Notes: a model not told the origin generated them from the sequence alone. Positions 27,802-37,231 are shown, counted from the whole stretch's first letter. The stretch: DNA of 63,861 bases, filler included, from an uncultured bacterium (GCA_964637655.1; 4 parts of 4 records of this genome joined end to end with filler, not necessarily neighbours in it), one strand, 5' to 3'. A program made the numbers and translations.

Positions 27802-28896
27802 TCACTTCCGTTTACGACGTTTCACCAGTTCTTTCTTCGTTGCCGGCAGTTTCTTCCTGACTGCTTCCAGCACCTTCGCTGTGGCACGCAAATCTTCAAG
27901 ATAGTGACCCTCGCCTGCGGCTTCCGCTGCCAACCGACGCCGCTCAGCGAAAGCGTCATACTGCGATTCCGACCAGGAAAGCGCCTCCTCGTGGCTCACC
28001 GCACCGGAATCCGCCAGCACCGGCAATTCATTATCCCGGAGAAACTTGTCGAGCGCTGCCGTCCAGTCCCGCATCCTGATATCCTGTCGCCGCTTGGCGC
28101 GAAAATCCGCCTGATCGAGGAACATAACCACGATCTGGTTGAGCGTATCGATTTCCTGCTCATCAAGGTAATTCTTGGCCGTCGCCACATCGCGTTTGAA
28201 AACCCGCCCCCCGCTCCATGCGGTTAGTCCCATATTGGGCCGGGCGGCATCCGCCCGCCGCCGGATAATCTCCGCTGCCGTCATCCCGGTCGCCGCAAAG
28301 TGCATCTTGTTCTGCATCGTGGCGAAAAACACCTGCGTTTCCTGTCCGCTTTCATCGTAATCGGTCGCCAGCGCGAATATCTCGCGAATCCGCTGATAAA
28401 CCCGCTGCTCGCTCGCCCGGATTTCACGGATGCGCGCCAGCAGTTCGTCAAAATGGTCCGCCGAGCGGTCGCGCCCTTTCAGGCGTTCGTCATCCAACGC
28501 AAACCCCTTGACAAGATACTCCCGCAACCGTTCCGTCCCCCATTGCCGGAATTGTGTGCCTCGGTCTGAACGGATTCTGTAGCCAACCGCCAGTATCAAA
28601 TCAAGGTTATAATGTCTGAGCTGACGCCGCACTGCGCGGCCCCCTTCATTTTGAACTTGTAAGCATTCCTTACAAGTTGCCGGCTCCAGCAGTTCACCGT
28701 CAGCATATACCTCACGAATATGCATGGTGATATTCTGCGGCGTCGTCCCGTACAATTCGGCAATGAGCGCCTGCGTCAGCCAGACGGTCTCATTCTCCAG
28801 CCGCACCTGAATATGACTATGCCCGTCTTCGGTCCGGTAGAGAACGAGTTCAGATTTATTTTCCGTAGCCCTATTGCGCTGCCCACTCTTTTTCAT
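27802..28896 (-). CDS. RhuM-family (virulence RhuM) protein
   Basis: ETVWLTQ, YNLDLILAVGYRIRS, LREYLVKGF, MQNKMHFA, AKNYL. Confidence 0.9.
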   Translation of the reverse strand: MKKSGQRNRATENKSELVLYRTEDGHSHIQVRLENETVWLTQALIAELYGTTPQNITMHIREVYADGELLEPATCKECLQVQNEGGRAVRRQLRHYNLDLILAVGYRIRSDRGTQFRQWGTERLREYLVKGFALDDERLKGRDRSADHFDELLARIREIRASEQRVYQRIREIFALATDYDESGQETQVFFATMQNKMHFAATGMTAAEIIRRRADAARPNMGLTAWSGGRVFKRDVATAKNYLDEQEIDTLNQIVVMFLDQADFRAKRRQDIRMRDWTAALDKFLRDNELPVLADSGAVSHEEALSWSESQYDAFAERRRLAAEAAGEGHYLEDLRATAKVLEAVRKKLPATKKELVKRRKRK

Positions 28897-28935
28897 TCCT
28901 GTCCCCTCGGTACTCTGCACTCGGCATCCAGCGCG

Positions 28936-29040
28936 CTAACCCTCGACCTTAGTCGCGCCCGCTGGCGTAGTGTAAAAGATAATCTCTCCACCTGGCAGAC
29001 CACCCGGCGCCGATCCGGTTATGTTCATACGTTTGCTCAT
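28936..29040 (-). pseudogene. N-terminal stub of a second RhuM-like gene
   Basis: MSKRMNITGSAPGGLPGGEIIFYTTPAGATKVEG* parallels ELVLYRTEDGHSHIQV of the adjacent RhuM. Confidence 0.5.
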
Positions 29041-29134
29041 GTCATCACACTCTCGGTTTGGCTGCACCAGTTCTCTTTACAAGTTGACGCTTGCAGAAGT
29101 TCACCCTCAGCATGCACATCGCGTATATGCCAAG

Positions 29135-30013
29135 TCACTCATTTGCCTTGGTCATAATATCAGCCATCACAGCATAATATTCATCTGTTTCCGGATATCC
29201 AATTTTGTTTTCACGACAGATTTCGCTCACTTCTCGCTTTATCATTTGGGGAGGCAATTGCCAATTGTATTCACCAAACATAATCGGCAATAATTGTCGA
29301 TATATAGTCTTACGCTTTTGACATAACCTATCAACACCGAGTATAGATTGCCACTTCAGAACTGCAGCATCGGAAAGCAGGTTGCGAAGCGTTTCCAGAT
29401 CCGCCTGTGACCGGCAGCGAATGCCCTTCAGTGCCGACAAATCGAGTTCAGTCGGTATGATCACTTCGGCATTACGCCGCCGTTTAACCTCATCATCATA
29501 ATCCTGCCAGCCCGTGTGATAGATTTTTTCGAACGGCATTTTTTTGAATTCTTCCGCGTTGCAATATTCATTTGTCCCACCAGCAGCCAGGTTGCCATCG
29601 CTAAAGCAGGTTGATTGCCGGGTCAGAATATCATTCGCATCAAACAGCATCATAACCGGCACTGGACAATGCGAATTCAGTTCATGTTTGCCAATAGGAC
29701 GTATGCCCTCATTGCGGTATTGGGTTGGAGTTCTCGGGCGAAAATACAGGCGAACATGCTCTTTATACCGGTCATCAGTCACCTGTAAAACATCGGGGCT
29801 CGCAGCGTCAGCGATTGCGATATTGCGCCGCTTCAACTCCGCCCGCGAATAGATGGCACCGCTATCGAGTATTTTTACCGCATTATTGACATCAGTGAAA
29901 TGGAACAGGAACCGCGGCCAATTTTTTCGTTTCTGATCGGCAGCGTACTCGCGTTCAAACAAATCCAGATGGTTGATAATTTCCTGCGCATCAGCTTTGC
30001 GCGGAACAGTCAC
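29135..30013 (-). CDS. darT: DarT-family (DUF4433) ssDNA ADP-ribosyltransferase toxin
   Basis: LFHFTDVNN..IL..G, VRLYFRPRTP, FSDGN and RRNAEV (catalytic Glu); AT-richer DNA. Confidence 0.85.
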   Translation of the reverse strand: MTVPRKADAQEIINHLDLFEREYAADQKRKNWPRFLFHFTDVNNAVKILDSGAIYSRAELKRRNIAIADAASPDVLQVTDDRYKEHVRLYFRPRTPTQYRNEGIRPIGKHELNSHCPVPVMMLFDANDILTRQSTCFSDGNLAAGGTNEYCNAEEFKKMPFEKIYHTGWQDYDDEVKRRRNAEVIIPTELDLSALKGIRCRSQADLETLRNLLSDAAVLKWQSILGVDRLCQKRKTIYRQLLPIMFGEYNWQLPPQMIKREVSEICRENKIGYPETDEYYAVMADIMTKANE

Positions 30014-30930
30014 TGATTGGCCGCCTTGAGCGTAAAGACTTCCGCTGTCTGCGTTTCATCGACCGTCACCGGGATCAATTGCACACCACGTGCTGCCGCA
30101 TCACCAATCGCCGTATACTCGGATGCCGCCTGCGTCAAACGGCAATATGGCAGGCCGGCAAGCAGCGCCAACAGCTCTTTTGCCCACAGTTGCATGCCAT
30201 TGGGAATCTGGCTGGCCGTAAGCAGGCCATACCCACGCAGTGTATCCCAAAGCGTCCCGACTTCTTCTTTGACCAGTGACGTTTCCCGTCCGGCAGTTTT
30301 CAGCCGCAAGCTATCATCAAGAATCTCGGCCACAAACGGAGTATTGGTTCCCAAGGCCTGCCATGTAGGTTTACGCGCCACTAAATCTGCCATGTCACGC
30401 CACCACTCGGCAAACGCCAGCGTACGCGGTTCGCTATGCAGCCATTTCTCGATTTCGGCCAGCGACCGATGCTCCGGCAATGCCCGGCCCTTCGCATACA
30501 GGTGAATATAGACCTCGATGGGAAGATTCTTCAGTATGCGCTCCATGAGCGGTCGCACCTGATGTTCCCAATCCAATTCGCCATTGCCGCAGCCGAGCTG
30601 CGGGAAGGCAATCGAATTGATCCCCTTGCGCACATAAGCATTCGCAAACGCCTGCAGCCCCTGCTCGATGTATGATAACTGTGAGGGTTTGCGCCACGTT
30701 GATTTCGTCGGAAAATTGAGCACCCATTTGTGCGGTGTCTTGTACAACCACAGTTTGCCGACCGTCAGTTGTCCAGTTTCACAATATCGCTGATACTGCT
30801 TGAACATGTCGGGATAGATCTGCTTGAAATCCTTCGCCAAGCCCTTCCCCATCACACCTTCGGTGTTGACCGGATTGACCAGCACCTGCGCCGGTGATTC
30901 AAGCAAATTACCCTGCACATACGTCAGCAT
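30010..30930 (-). CDS. darG: DarG-like macrodomain ADP-ribosyl hydrolase with a distinct C-terminal domain
   Basis: GNLL, VNPVNTEGVMGKG, NFPTK, SIAFPQLGCGNG; stop overlaps the darT start (GTGA). Confidence 0.85.
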   Translation of the reverse strand: MLTYVQGNLLESPAQVLVNPVNTEGVMGKGLAKDFKQIYPDMFKQYQRYCETGQLTVGKLWLYKTPHKWVLNFPTKSTWRKPSQLSYIEQGLQAFANAYVRKGINSIAFPQLGCGNGELDWEHQVRPLMERILKNLPIEVYIHLYAKGRALPEHRSLAEIEKWLHSEPRTLAFAEWWRDMADLVARKPTWQALGTNTPFVAEILDDSLRLKTAGRETSLVKEEVGTLWDTLRGYGLLTASQIPNGMQLWAKELLALLAGLPYCRLTQAASEYTAIGDAAARGVQLIPVTVDETQTAEVFTLKAANQ

Positions 30931-31084
30931 GCCATCCATCCCCTCCATGTGCTCTTGTACCCGATTATACACTGAAAGCCCATGTTCATCCACAAACGCC
31001 TGATCCGAAACCACCACCGTTGATGTAGAATTATACAGGCCAACCGCCCCGTGCGTTGCAAGTATTGTCTCGGTGGCTGCAAAA

Positions 31085-31189
31085 TCAATCCCAGAACGTC
31101 TTCGCCTCAACGTCCTCGGACGATTCATGCTTGCATTCCGCGCTGAACCGCATCGCGCGATCGCGTATCTCATTCCAGCTTATCGGCAG
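31085..31189 (-). pseudogene. N-terminal stub of an MmeI/YeeA-type restriction-modification enzyme
   Basis: LPISWNEIRDRAMRFSAECKHESSEDVEAKTFWD* matches the MPLSWNEI...EAKSFWD start I recall for this family; no ATG, early stop. Confidence 0.7.
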
Positions 31190-31190
31190 A

Positions 31191-32009
31191 TTATCCCTTC
31201 AGCTTCTTGCGGGGCGGGCCCGCCAGATAGTTATCCCGGGATACCACCTTCTTGCGCGTCTTACGCTCAAGGTCGCGACGCGCCTTGCCCGCCACCTCCC
31301 CGCCGGCGCGCGCCGTCCGGCGGTTCTGCTCAACTCCCTGCGGCTCCTGCACGCGGGTGATCTCGGTGGTCGCCGCTTCACCCAACATCGAAAAAATCAG
31401 TTCAAGGTCGTTCATGTGATCGCGCAGGTTCTCGCGTTTCAGCCCCTTCAGTTGCTGATATTCAGAGGGCGTCAGGCCAAAGGTCGCTTTGGATATTTCC
31501 GCGGTAAGGATGGCATAATCGCGGTCTTCCTTGACCCCGCGCTTTTTCCACTCGTCAGTCAGTTCCTCGCGAATGGCGATGCCCCGCATCCGCTTTTCGA
31601 TCCAGTCGTCGGTATACCCCTTGGCCTTATACAGCGCCCGCGTCCGCTTGGTGGCCAGTTCCGGGTTCTCGATTTCCTGCACCCGTTCGTAGCCGACTTT
31701 GGCGAGCCAGCGCTTGAACGGTTCGGCCTTGGGCGACGGGATCGACTGGATGATGCGGAAAATCCCCTCGGTATTGGCACAATTCAGCTTCTGCGGGCCG
31801 CCTTCTGTCTGAATGACAAGGGGGTGGACAATTTGTCCCCACCCTTTGCCTAATTCATTGTCCCGGCGCCGCATTTTATTGATGTAATCACTTACATTAG
31901 CTGAATCAGTAAGTACTTGCACAACATCACTTACCACGAACCACCATTCGTTATTATAGAGCGTTTTCCTGACCTTTTGCCCACGAAATATAACAATTTT
32001 CGTTTCCAT
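31191..32009 (-). CDS. Bro-N domain protein
   Basis: EWWFVVSDVVQVLTDS, FRIIQSIPSPKAEPFKRWLA, ENLRDHM. Confidence 0.88.
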   Translation of the reverse strand: METKIVIFRGQKVRKTLYNNEWWFVVSDVVQVLTDSANVSDYINKMRRRDNELGKGWGQIVHPLVIQTEGGPQKLNCANTEGIFRIIQSIPSPKAEPFKRWLAKVGYERVQEIENPELATKRTRALYKAKGYTDDWIEKRMRGIAIREELTDEWKKRGVKEDRDYAILTAEISKATFGLTPSEYQQLKGLKRENLRDHMNDLELIFSMLGEAATTEITRVQEPQGVEQNRRTARAGGEVAGKARRDLERKTRKKVVSRDNYLAGPPRKKLKG

Positions 32010-32011
32010 GG

Positions 32012-32251
32012 TTATGCCCCTCCCAGATATTCGGACAATACCACTTCGCGGGGGCCGGACGGCGCCCCCGCTCCTTCCGCCAGCGTGGCGGTGAAAAAGC
32101 TCGGGGAGATGTTCGTGCGCAAAATGGCGAGAATGGCCAGCGGATTGATACCCTTTTTCAGTTCCACCTGCGCCAGTGCCAGTATCTTTTTCGCCGTACG
32201 CAACGGCAGCGCGCCCTGCTGCAGGGTAATAAAGGTCAGATCAGAAGACAT
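32012..32251 (-). pseudogene. Internally deleted remnant of a large PLD/SNF2-type helicase gene
   Basis: MSSDLTFIT is joined directly to LQQGALP...GPREVVLSEYL; from memory these resemble the N- and C-termini of RM-associated helicases. Confidence 0.5.
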
Positions 32252-32377
32252 AGTTTCCCCCAACCCTTATGCACCTGTCGCCTCCTGCCCTTCTGTAACG
32301 ATATACACGCTTACGCGGGGCCGCGTTGCATTATTGACGTAACTGTATACTATTCAAGAGAAAATCGCAAACTTATT

Positions 32378-32956
32378 TTAGCGTTTTTGACAGATGGCGA
32401 GGAAATTGGCGAGGAGTTGCTTGCCTTCGATGGTGAGGATGGATTCGGGATGGAACTGCACGCCGAAGACGGGGTAGCCCTTGTGGCGCAGACCCATCAC
32501 TTCGCCGTCGGCGGCGCGCGACTCGATGACTAATGGCGCTTTGATGCTCTCCTCCGCCACCATCAGCGAGTGATAGCGCGTGGCGGTAAAAGGATTGCTC
32601 AGGCCCCGGTAGAGGTTTTCACCATTATGGCTGATATCCGAGACCTTGCCGTGCATGAGCGCGGGGGAGCGGACGATTTTTCCGCCGAACACTTCCCCGA
32701 TTGACTGATGCCCGAGGCAGACCCCGAGAATAGGGAGTTCCGCATGCAGTTCGCGGATGGCCTGCAGCGAGATACCCGCCTGCTGCGGGGTGCCCGGCCC
32801 GGGCGAGATGACCAGCCCGTCCGGCTTTTTCGTGCGGATTTCCGCCGGGGTGATGCGGTCGTTGCGGAACACTTCGACCGTCGCCCCGCACTCGCTCAGC
32901 ATCTGCACGAGATTGTAGGTGAAGGAATCGTAATTGTCGATCAGGAGAATTTTCAT
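32378..32956 (-). CDS. trpG: Anthranilate/aminodeoxychorismate synthase component II
   Basis: IDNYDSF, SPGPG, GVCLGHQ, RYHSL, QFHPES. Confidence 0.93.
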   Translation of the reverse strand: MKILLIDNYDSFTYNLVQMLSECGATVEVFRNDRITPAEIRTKKPDGLVISPGPGTPQQAGISLQAIRELHAELPILGVCLGHQSIGEVFGGKIVRSPALMHGKVSDISHNGENLYRGLSNPFTATRYHSLMVAEESIKAPLVIESRAADGEVMGLRHKGYPVFGVQFHPESILTIEGKQLLANFLAICQKR

Positions 32957-33025
32957 CCCCACGCACCCTCCTGGTACGACTCCCCGGCTTCGCCTCGGAG
33001 CCACCTGCCGCTGTGCGGCGGCCTT

Positions 33026-33268
33026 ACCCTCACCCGGCGCTACGCGCCGCCCTCTCCCGCCGCTGGCGGGCGAGGGAAAACACTATCACGCTGCTTTCAC
33101 TCCCACATCCGCATATGGCGGGCGAGGGAAAACACTATCACACTGCTTTCACTCCCACATCCGCATATGGCGGGCGAAGGAAAACACTGTCACACTGCTT
33201 TCACTCCCGCATCCGCATATGGCGGGCGAGGGAAAACCATCTGGCTTCCCGCCTGCGCGGGAATGACA
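33026..33268. repeat. REP-like cluster: CCCTCTCCC hairpin, 52-bp tandem repeat (about 3.3 copies) and a GTC-tagged palindrome
   Basis: Units start at 33064, 33116, 33168 and 33220; GTCATTCCCGCGCAGGCGGGAAGCCAG on the minus strand at 33241-33267. Confidence 0.9.
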
Positions 33269-33270
33269 CC

Positions 33271-34773
33271 CTATTGCGAGGCGGCCGCCCAGTCGAGGGC
33301 CAGTTGCATGCCGCGCGCCTTGTTGACGGTCTCCTCCCACTCGCTGGCGGGGTCGCTGTCGGCAACGATCCCCGCGCCCGCCTGCAGGTAGAGTTTGTCC
33401 CCGTCGACAAACATCGTGCGCAGGGCGATGCAGGTATCGAGGTTACCGTCGAACCCGACATAGCCCACCGCACCGGCGTACGGACCGCGCGGCTCGGGTT
33501 CCAGTTCGTTGATGATCTGCATGGCGCGGATCTTGGGCGCGCCGCTGACCGTCCCCGCGGGGAAGGTTGCGGCAAGCAGCGCGAAGGCGTCGCAGTCGTC
33601 GCGCAGTTCCCCCGTCACTTCCGAAACGATATGCATGACATGCGAGTACTTCTCGATGACCATCAGTTCCGCCGGGCGCACCGTGCCGGGACAGCAGACG
33701 CGCCCGAGATCGTTGCGCCCGAGGTCGACGAGCATCACGTGCTCGGCGCATTCCTTCGGGTCGTTCCTGAGTTCCTCGGCCAGCCGCGCATCCTCCGCCT
33801 CGTTTTTCCCGCGCGGGCGCGTCCCGGCAATCGGCCGCACCGTTGCCAGTTTACCCTCGAGCCGCACGAGGATTTCCGGGCTGGAGCCGATCAGATAGCG
33901 CGCGTTGTCCATCTTGATAAAAAACATGTAGGGCGAGGGATTGACCGCGCGCAGGCAGCGGTAGATGTGCAGCGGTTCCTGTTCGAGCGGGTACTGCCAC
34001 CGCTGTGACGGCACCATCTGGAAAATGTCGCCGGCACGGATATACTCGAGCGCGCGCCGCACCGCGTTTTCGTACTGTTCGCGCGTCTGGTTCGACTGTC
34101 CGCGGATGGGGGTGCGCTCACTGCCGGCCACCGGGAGGAGCGGCAGCGGTTCCGCCGTCGCTGCCGCCAGCGCCTCGCGCATCGCCTGCAGCCGGGCCGC
34201 CGCCGCGTCATACGCCGCGCCGCTGTCGCCACCGGGAAAGACATACGTCAGCAGATGCAGGCGGTTGAGCACGCGGTCGAACACCAGCACCGTTTCCGCC
34301 ACGCGCAGGTCGAGTTCCGGGAAACTGCCGAAGGCGGTTGCCCCCTTGAGTTCGATGTCCTCGAAAGTGCGCACCGTCTCGTAGCCGATGTAGCCGACCG
34401 CACCGCCGGCAAACCGCACGCCGATATGCGCGGGTTCGACCGGCACCGCGCGGAAGGCGCGGCGCAGTTCGTCAAGCGGCTTGTCCGTCGGTAGCTGCTG
34501 CGCGGCATCGCCGTTGTGGCGGATGGTAAAGATCCCGTCGCGATAGGAGAAGCGGCGCACGGCACCAAGTCCGAGCATGGAGAGGCGCCCGATGCGTTCC
34601 CCGCCTTCGACACTCTCGAGCAGGTAGGCGTCGGGATAGCCGGCGGCGAGTTTCTGGAAAGCGGCGATGGGGGAAAGAATATCGTTGACCACGCTCGCCT
34701 GCAGCGTGACGGCACGTCCGGCGGCGAGCGCAACCAGCGCCTGTTCTTTTTCAGGAAGTATGGACAGTTTCAT
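33271..34773 (-). CDS. trpE: Anthranilate synthase component I
   Basis: LLESVEGG, NPSPY, SSPE, PIAGT, EHVMLVDLGRND, GTVSGAPK. Confidence 0.95.
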   Translation of the reverse strand: MKLSILPEKEQALVALAAGRAVTLQASVVNDILSPIAAFQKLAAGYPDAYLLESVEGGERIGRLSMLGLGAVRRFSYRDGIFTIRHNGDAAQQLPTDKPLDELRRAFRAVPVEPAHIGVRFAGGAVGYIGYETVRTFEDIELKGATAFGSFPELDLRVAETVLVFDRVLNRLHLLTYVFPGGDSGAAYDAAAARLQAMREALAAATAEPLPLLPVAGSERTPIRGQSNQTREQYENAVRRALEYIRAGDIFQMVPSQRWQYPLEQEPLHIYRCLRAVNPSPYMFFIKMDNARYLIGSSPEILVRLEGKLATVRPIAGTRPRGKNEAEDARLAEELRNDPKECAEHVMLVDLGRNDLGRVCCPGTVRPAELMVIEKYSHVMHIVSEVTGELRDDCDAFALLAATFPAGTVSGAPKIRAMQIINELEPEPRGPYAGAVGYVGFDGNLDTCIALRTMFVDGDKLYLQAGAGIVADSDPASEWEETVNKARGMQLALDWAAASQ

Positions 34774-34787
34774 CGACCGTATTCCCG

Positions 34788-34830
34788 CCCTCACCCTGCC
34801 CTCTCCCGCGGTGCGGAGCGGGCGAGGGTG
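34788..34830. repeat. CCCTCACCC/CCCTCTCCC hairpin repeat
   Basis: CCCTCACCCTGCCCTCTCCCGC...GCGGGCGAGGG; same family as 201-254 and 33026-33076. Confidence 0.75.
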
Positions 34831-34836
34831 GAAACG

Positions 34837-35214
34837 CTACTTTTTGTACATCTCCTTCGGATCCATCATCGGCGCGCCTTCGGTCACCCACTGCCCGTTC
34901 TCCCAGCGGCGGTAGAAACAGGTGTAGTAGCCCACGTGACAGGCAGGCCCGTGCGGTTTGCAGGTGAGAATGAGGCAGTCCTCGTCACAGTCGACGTGAA
35001 TGGCGAGCACGTCGAGAAAATTGCCCGACTCCTCACCCTTTTTCCAGAGTTTGCTGCGCGAACGCGACCAGAAGGTGGCGCGCTTCGTCTGCTCGGTATA
35101 GGTGACCGCCTCTTCGTTCATGTAGGCGACCATGAGGATCTTCCCCTGCTCATCCTGCACGATGGCGGGAATCAGCCCGCCATCCTTGTACTTGAGTTCC
35201 TGTGCCAGTCCCAT
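34837..35214 (-). CDS. hisI: Phosphoribosyl-AMP cyclohydrolase
   Basis: WSRSR, KGEESG, DCDED, ACH...TCF. Confidence 0.95.
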   Translation of the reverse strand: MGLAQELKYKDGGLIPAIVQDEQGKILMVAYMNEEAVTYTEQTKRATFWSRSRSKLWKKGEESGNFLDVLAIHVDCDEDCLILTCKPHGPACHVGYYTCFYRRWENGQWVTEGAPMMDPKEMYKK

Positions 35215-35250
35215 AACTCACCTCATCAGTATGTTGGTGCGACGGTGGCG

Positions 35251-35279
35251 AGTATAGCACCGCCCTGCAGCAGCGTCAA
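35251..35279 (-). promoter_or_regulatory. sigma70 promoter of hisI-trpE-trpG
   Basis: TTGACG-17-TATACT; the -35 overlaps the upstream TGA stop. Confidence 0.65.
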
Positions 35280-35800
35280 TTGCGCTGGCGCATCACGCGG
35301 CCCGGGCTGAGGAACGACACCCCCTGCCCGTGCGACAAACCGATCATCACCGACTCGACCAGCGGCGCCACCACCGGCGTATCGCTCTGCCACTCGATGA
35401 CGAAGTTGGCCCCGGTCCCGCTCTGGTCCTCCTCCGGCACGAAATAATCCACGGTGGCGAGCGGCGCCAGCACCTGCGGCTGCGGCAGGTAATCACGCAC
35501 CAGTTTGCCGTTGCTGTCGAAATAGAGCACTTTCGTCACGGTCACCGCCTGCCGCGGGTCGGTATTGTGCACCGCCACGAAGGCCGCCAGGTCATACAGG
35601 CGCTCCGGGTCCTTGAACGGCACGTTCGAGTAGACCGGCAGGTAGAGCAGTTGTCCGCGCAGTTTCGGCACTCCCGCGTCAGGCAGCGTAAACTGCGCCG
35701 GATCATAGGCCACCGGCACCGTGGCCGCGTGGCGCGGCGCCTGCTCCGTGCATCCCGCGACCAGCAGCAACAACACTCCCAGCACAATACAGTGTTTCAT
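35276..35800 (-). CDS. DUF3124 lipoprotein
   Basis: Lipobox VAGC; YLPVYS, HNTD, GTGANFVIEW. Confidence 0.85.
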   Translation of the reverse strand: MKHCIVLGVLLLLVAGCTEQAPRHAATVPVAYDPAQFTLPDAGVPKLRGQLLYLPVYSNVPFKDPERLYDLAAFVAVHNTDPRQAVTVTKVLYFDSNGKLVRDYLPQPQVLAPLATVDYFVPEEDQSGTGANFVIEWQSDTPVVAPLVESVMIGLSHGQGVSFLSPGRVMRQRN

Positions 35801-35844
35801 GGCGGCCTCCATTTCCTGCGTCAGTATACCCTTTCCGCATGCGC

Positions 35845-35873
35845 TTGTCACGATACCGCGCGGGTGGTATGCT
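35845..35873 (+). promoter_or_regulatory. sigma70 promoter, probably for a leaderless mRNA
   Basis: TTGTCA-17-TATGCT ends 6 nt before ATG 35880. Confidence 0.6.
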
Positions 35874-35879
35874 CGCGCC

Positions 35880-36920
35880 ATGACCGACACCGATACCGAC
35901 CGGCTTGCCGGCACGCTGCTGGGTACCGCTTTGGGCGATGCGCTCGGGCTGCCCTATGAGGGACTGCGTCCCGCGGCCATCCGCCGACGCACCGGTGGCG
36001 CCATCGCTTTTTTCCGCCTGCTGCCGGGTATCGGCATCGTTTCCGACGATACCGAGCAGTCAGCACTGCTGCTGCAGTCGCTGCTGCGCGCCCGTGCTGC
36101 CGACGGCAGCATCCTGCCTGACCGCGCGGTGTGCCATTTCCGCCGCGCGCTCGCCGGCTGGTTTTTGCGTCTTCCGTTCGGTACCGGGCTGGCCACCACG
36201 CGCGCCTGCCTGCGGCTGCTGTGCGGCTGTGCCCGGAGCGGCGTGCGCAGCGCCGGGAACGGCGCGGCCATGCGCGCTCCGGTGCTCGGCGTGCTGCTGG
36301 CCGACGATCAGGAGTTGCGCCGCACGCTCGGCCGGGCAGTAGCGGAAGTAACGCACACCGATCCGCGCGCGGTCGAGGGCACACTCTTTGCCGCAGAACT
36401 GGCGGCGCTGGCTGCCCGGGCCGCGCCTGCTGCCGACCGCAATGCACTCGCCCGGCAGGCGCTCAGCGTGGTGGCGGAGAGGGAGCTGCTTGCCGCGCTT
36501 ACGCGCGCGCTGGAGTTTGCCGCCGGCAGCGACAGCGACGAGACCGCAGCCGCATCTCTCGGCACCTCCGGCTACATCGTGCATTCGCTGCCACTGGCGC
36601 TGTTTGCCTTCGTGCGTCACGGTGCGGCAGCGCTCGCGGCCATCCAGTGCGCCATACGCGCGGGGGGGGACACCGATACCACGGCGGCCATTGCCGGCGC
36701 GTGGTGCGGCGCGCTGCACGGAGCGCAGGCACTGCCGGCGCCGCTGGTCACGCGTCTCTGCCCCGGCCCGTACGGCACGCGTCATCTTACGCACCTGGCC
36801 GCGACAGCGGCGGGCACCGCTCCGGTGCCGCCACATGTCTGGCCGCTGGCACTGCTGCGCAACCTGCTGCTCTATCCCGTCATCCTCGCGCATGCCGCGC
36901 GCCGCCTGCTGCCATGGTAG
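35880..36920 (+). CDS. ADP-ribosylglycohydrolase family protein
   Basis: GDALG, SDDT, GNGAAMR, TH, GGDTDT. Confidence 0.92.
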   Translation: MTDTDTDRLAGTLLGTALGDALGLPYEGLRPAAIRRRTGGAIAFFRLLPGIGIVSDDTEQSALLLQSLLRARAADGSILPDRAVCHFRRALAGWFLRLPFGTGLATTRACLRLLCGCARSGVRSAGNGAAMRAPVLGVLLADDQELRRTLGRAVAEVTHTDPRAVEGTLFAAELAALAARAAPAADRNALARQALSVVAERELLAALTRALEFAAGSDSDETAAASLGTSGYIVHSLPLALFAFVRHGAAALAAIQCAIRAGGDTDTTAAIAGAWCGALHGAQALPAPLVTRLCPGPYGTRHLTHLAATAAGTAPVPPHVWPLALLRNLLLYPVILAHAARRLLPW

Positions 36921-37231
36921 CCGACATCGCCGTCATCGGGGCGGGCGCGGCGGGGATGATGGCCGCGCTGCATGCCGCGTCAGCCGGCGCACGCGTTATC
37001 GTGCTGGAGCAGACCACTGACGGCGGACGCAAACTGCTGCTCTGCGGCGGGGGGCGCTGCAACCTGCTGCCGTCAGTAGCCGACGAGCGGCGCTTCCGCA
37101 CCTCCTCGTCACCCAACACGCTGCGCCGCGTGCTGCGCTCCTGGCCGCTGGCACAACAGCAGTCATTCTTCCGCGAGACGCTCGGCCTCACGCTCGTCAC
37201 CGAAACGGACACCGGCAAAATATTTCCCGCG
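36914..37231 (+). CDS. HI0933/BaiN-family flavoprotein, 5' part
   Basis: IGAGAAG, GRKLLLCGGGRCN, GKIFP; truncated by the contig end. Confidence 0.85.

Noticed and set aside
30931..31173. 81-aa N-terminal extension of the macrodomain ORF in the ORF track
   Set aside because: The region holds TATAAT boxes and the MmeI-like stub in another frame. The macro fold starts at MLTYVQG (30930), downstream of a GGAGG.
31191..32009. Prophage suggested by Bro-N
   Set aside because: No structural, replication or integrase genes; Bro-N and RhuM are common in RM islands.
33064..33237. Possible CRISPR array
   Set aside because: Whole 52-bp units repeat with no unique spacers, and there are no cas genes.
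29135..36920. Functional link between darT/darG and the ADP-ribosylglycohydrolase
   Set aside because: They are separated by housekeeping trp/his genes. The ARH has host-like composition, its own promoter and a flavoprotein partner, and DarT already has a macrodomain partner.
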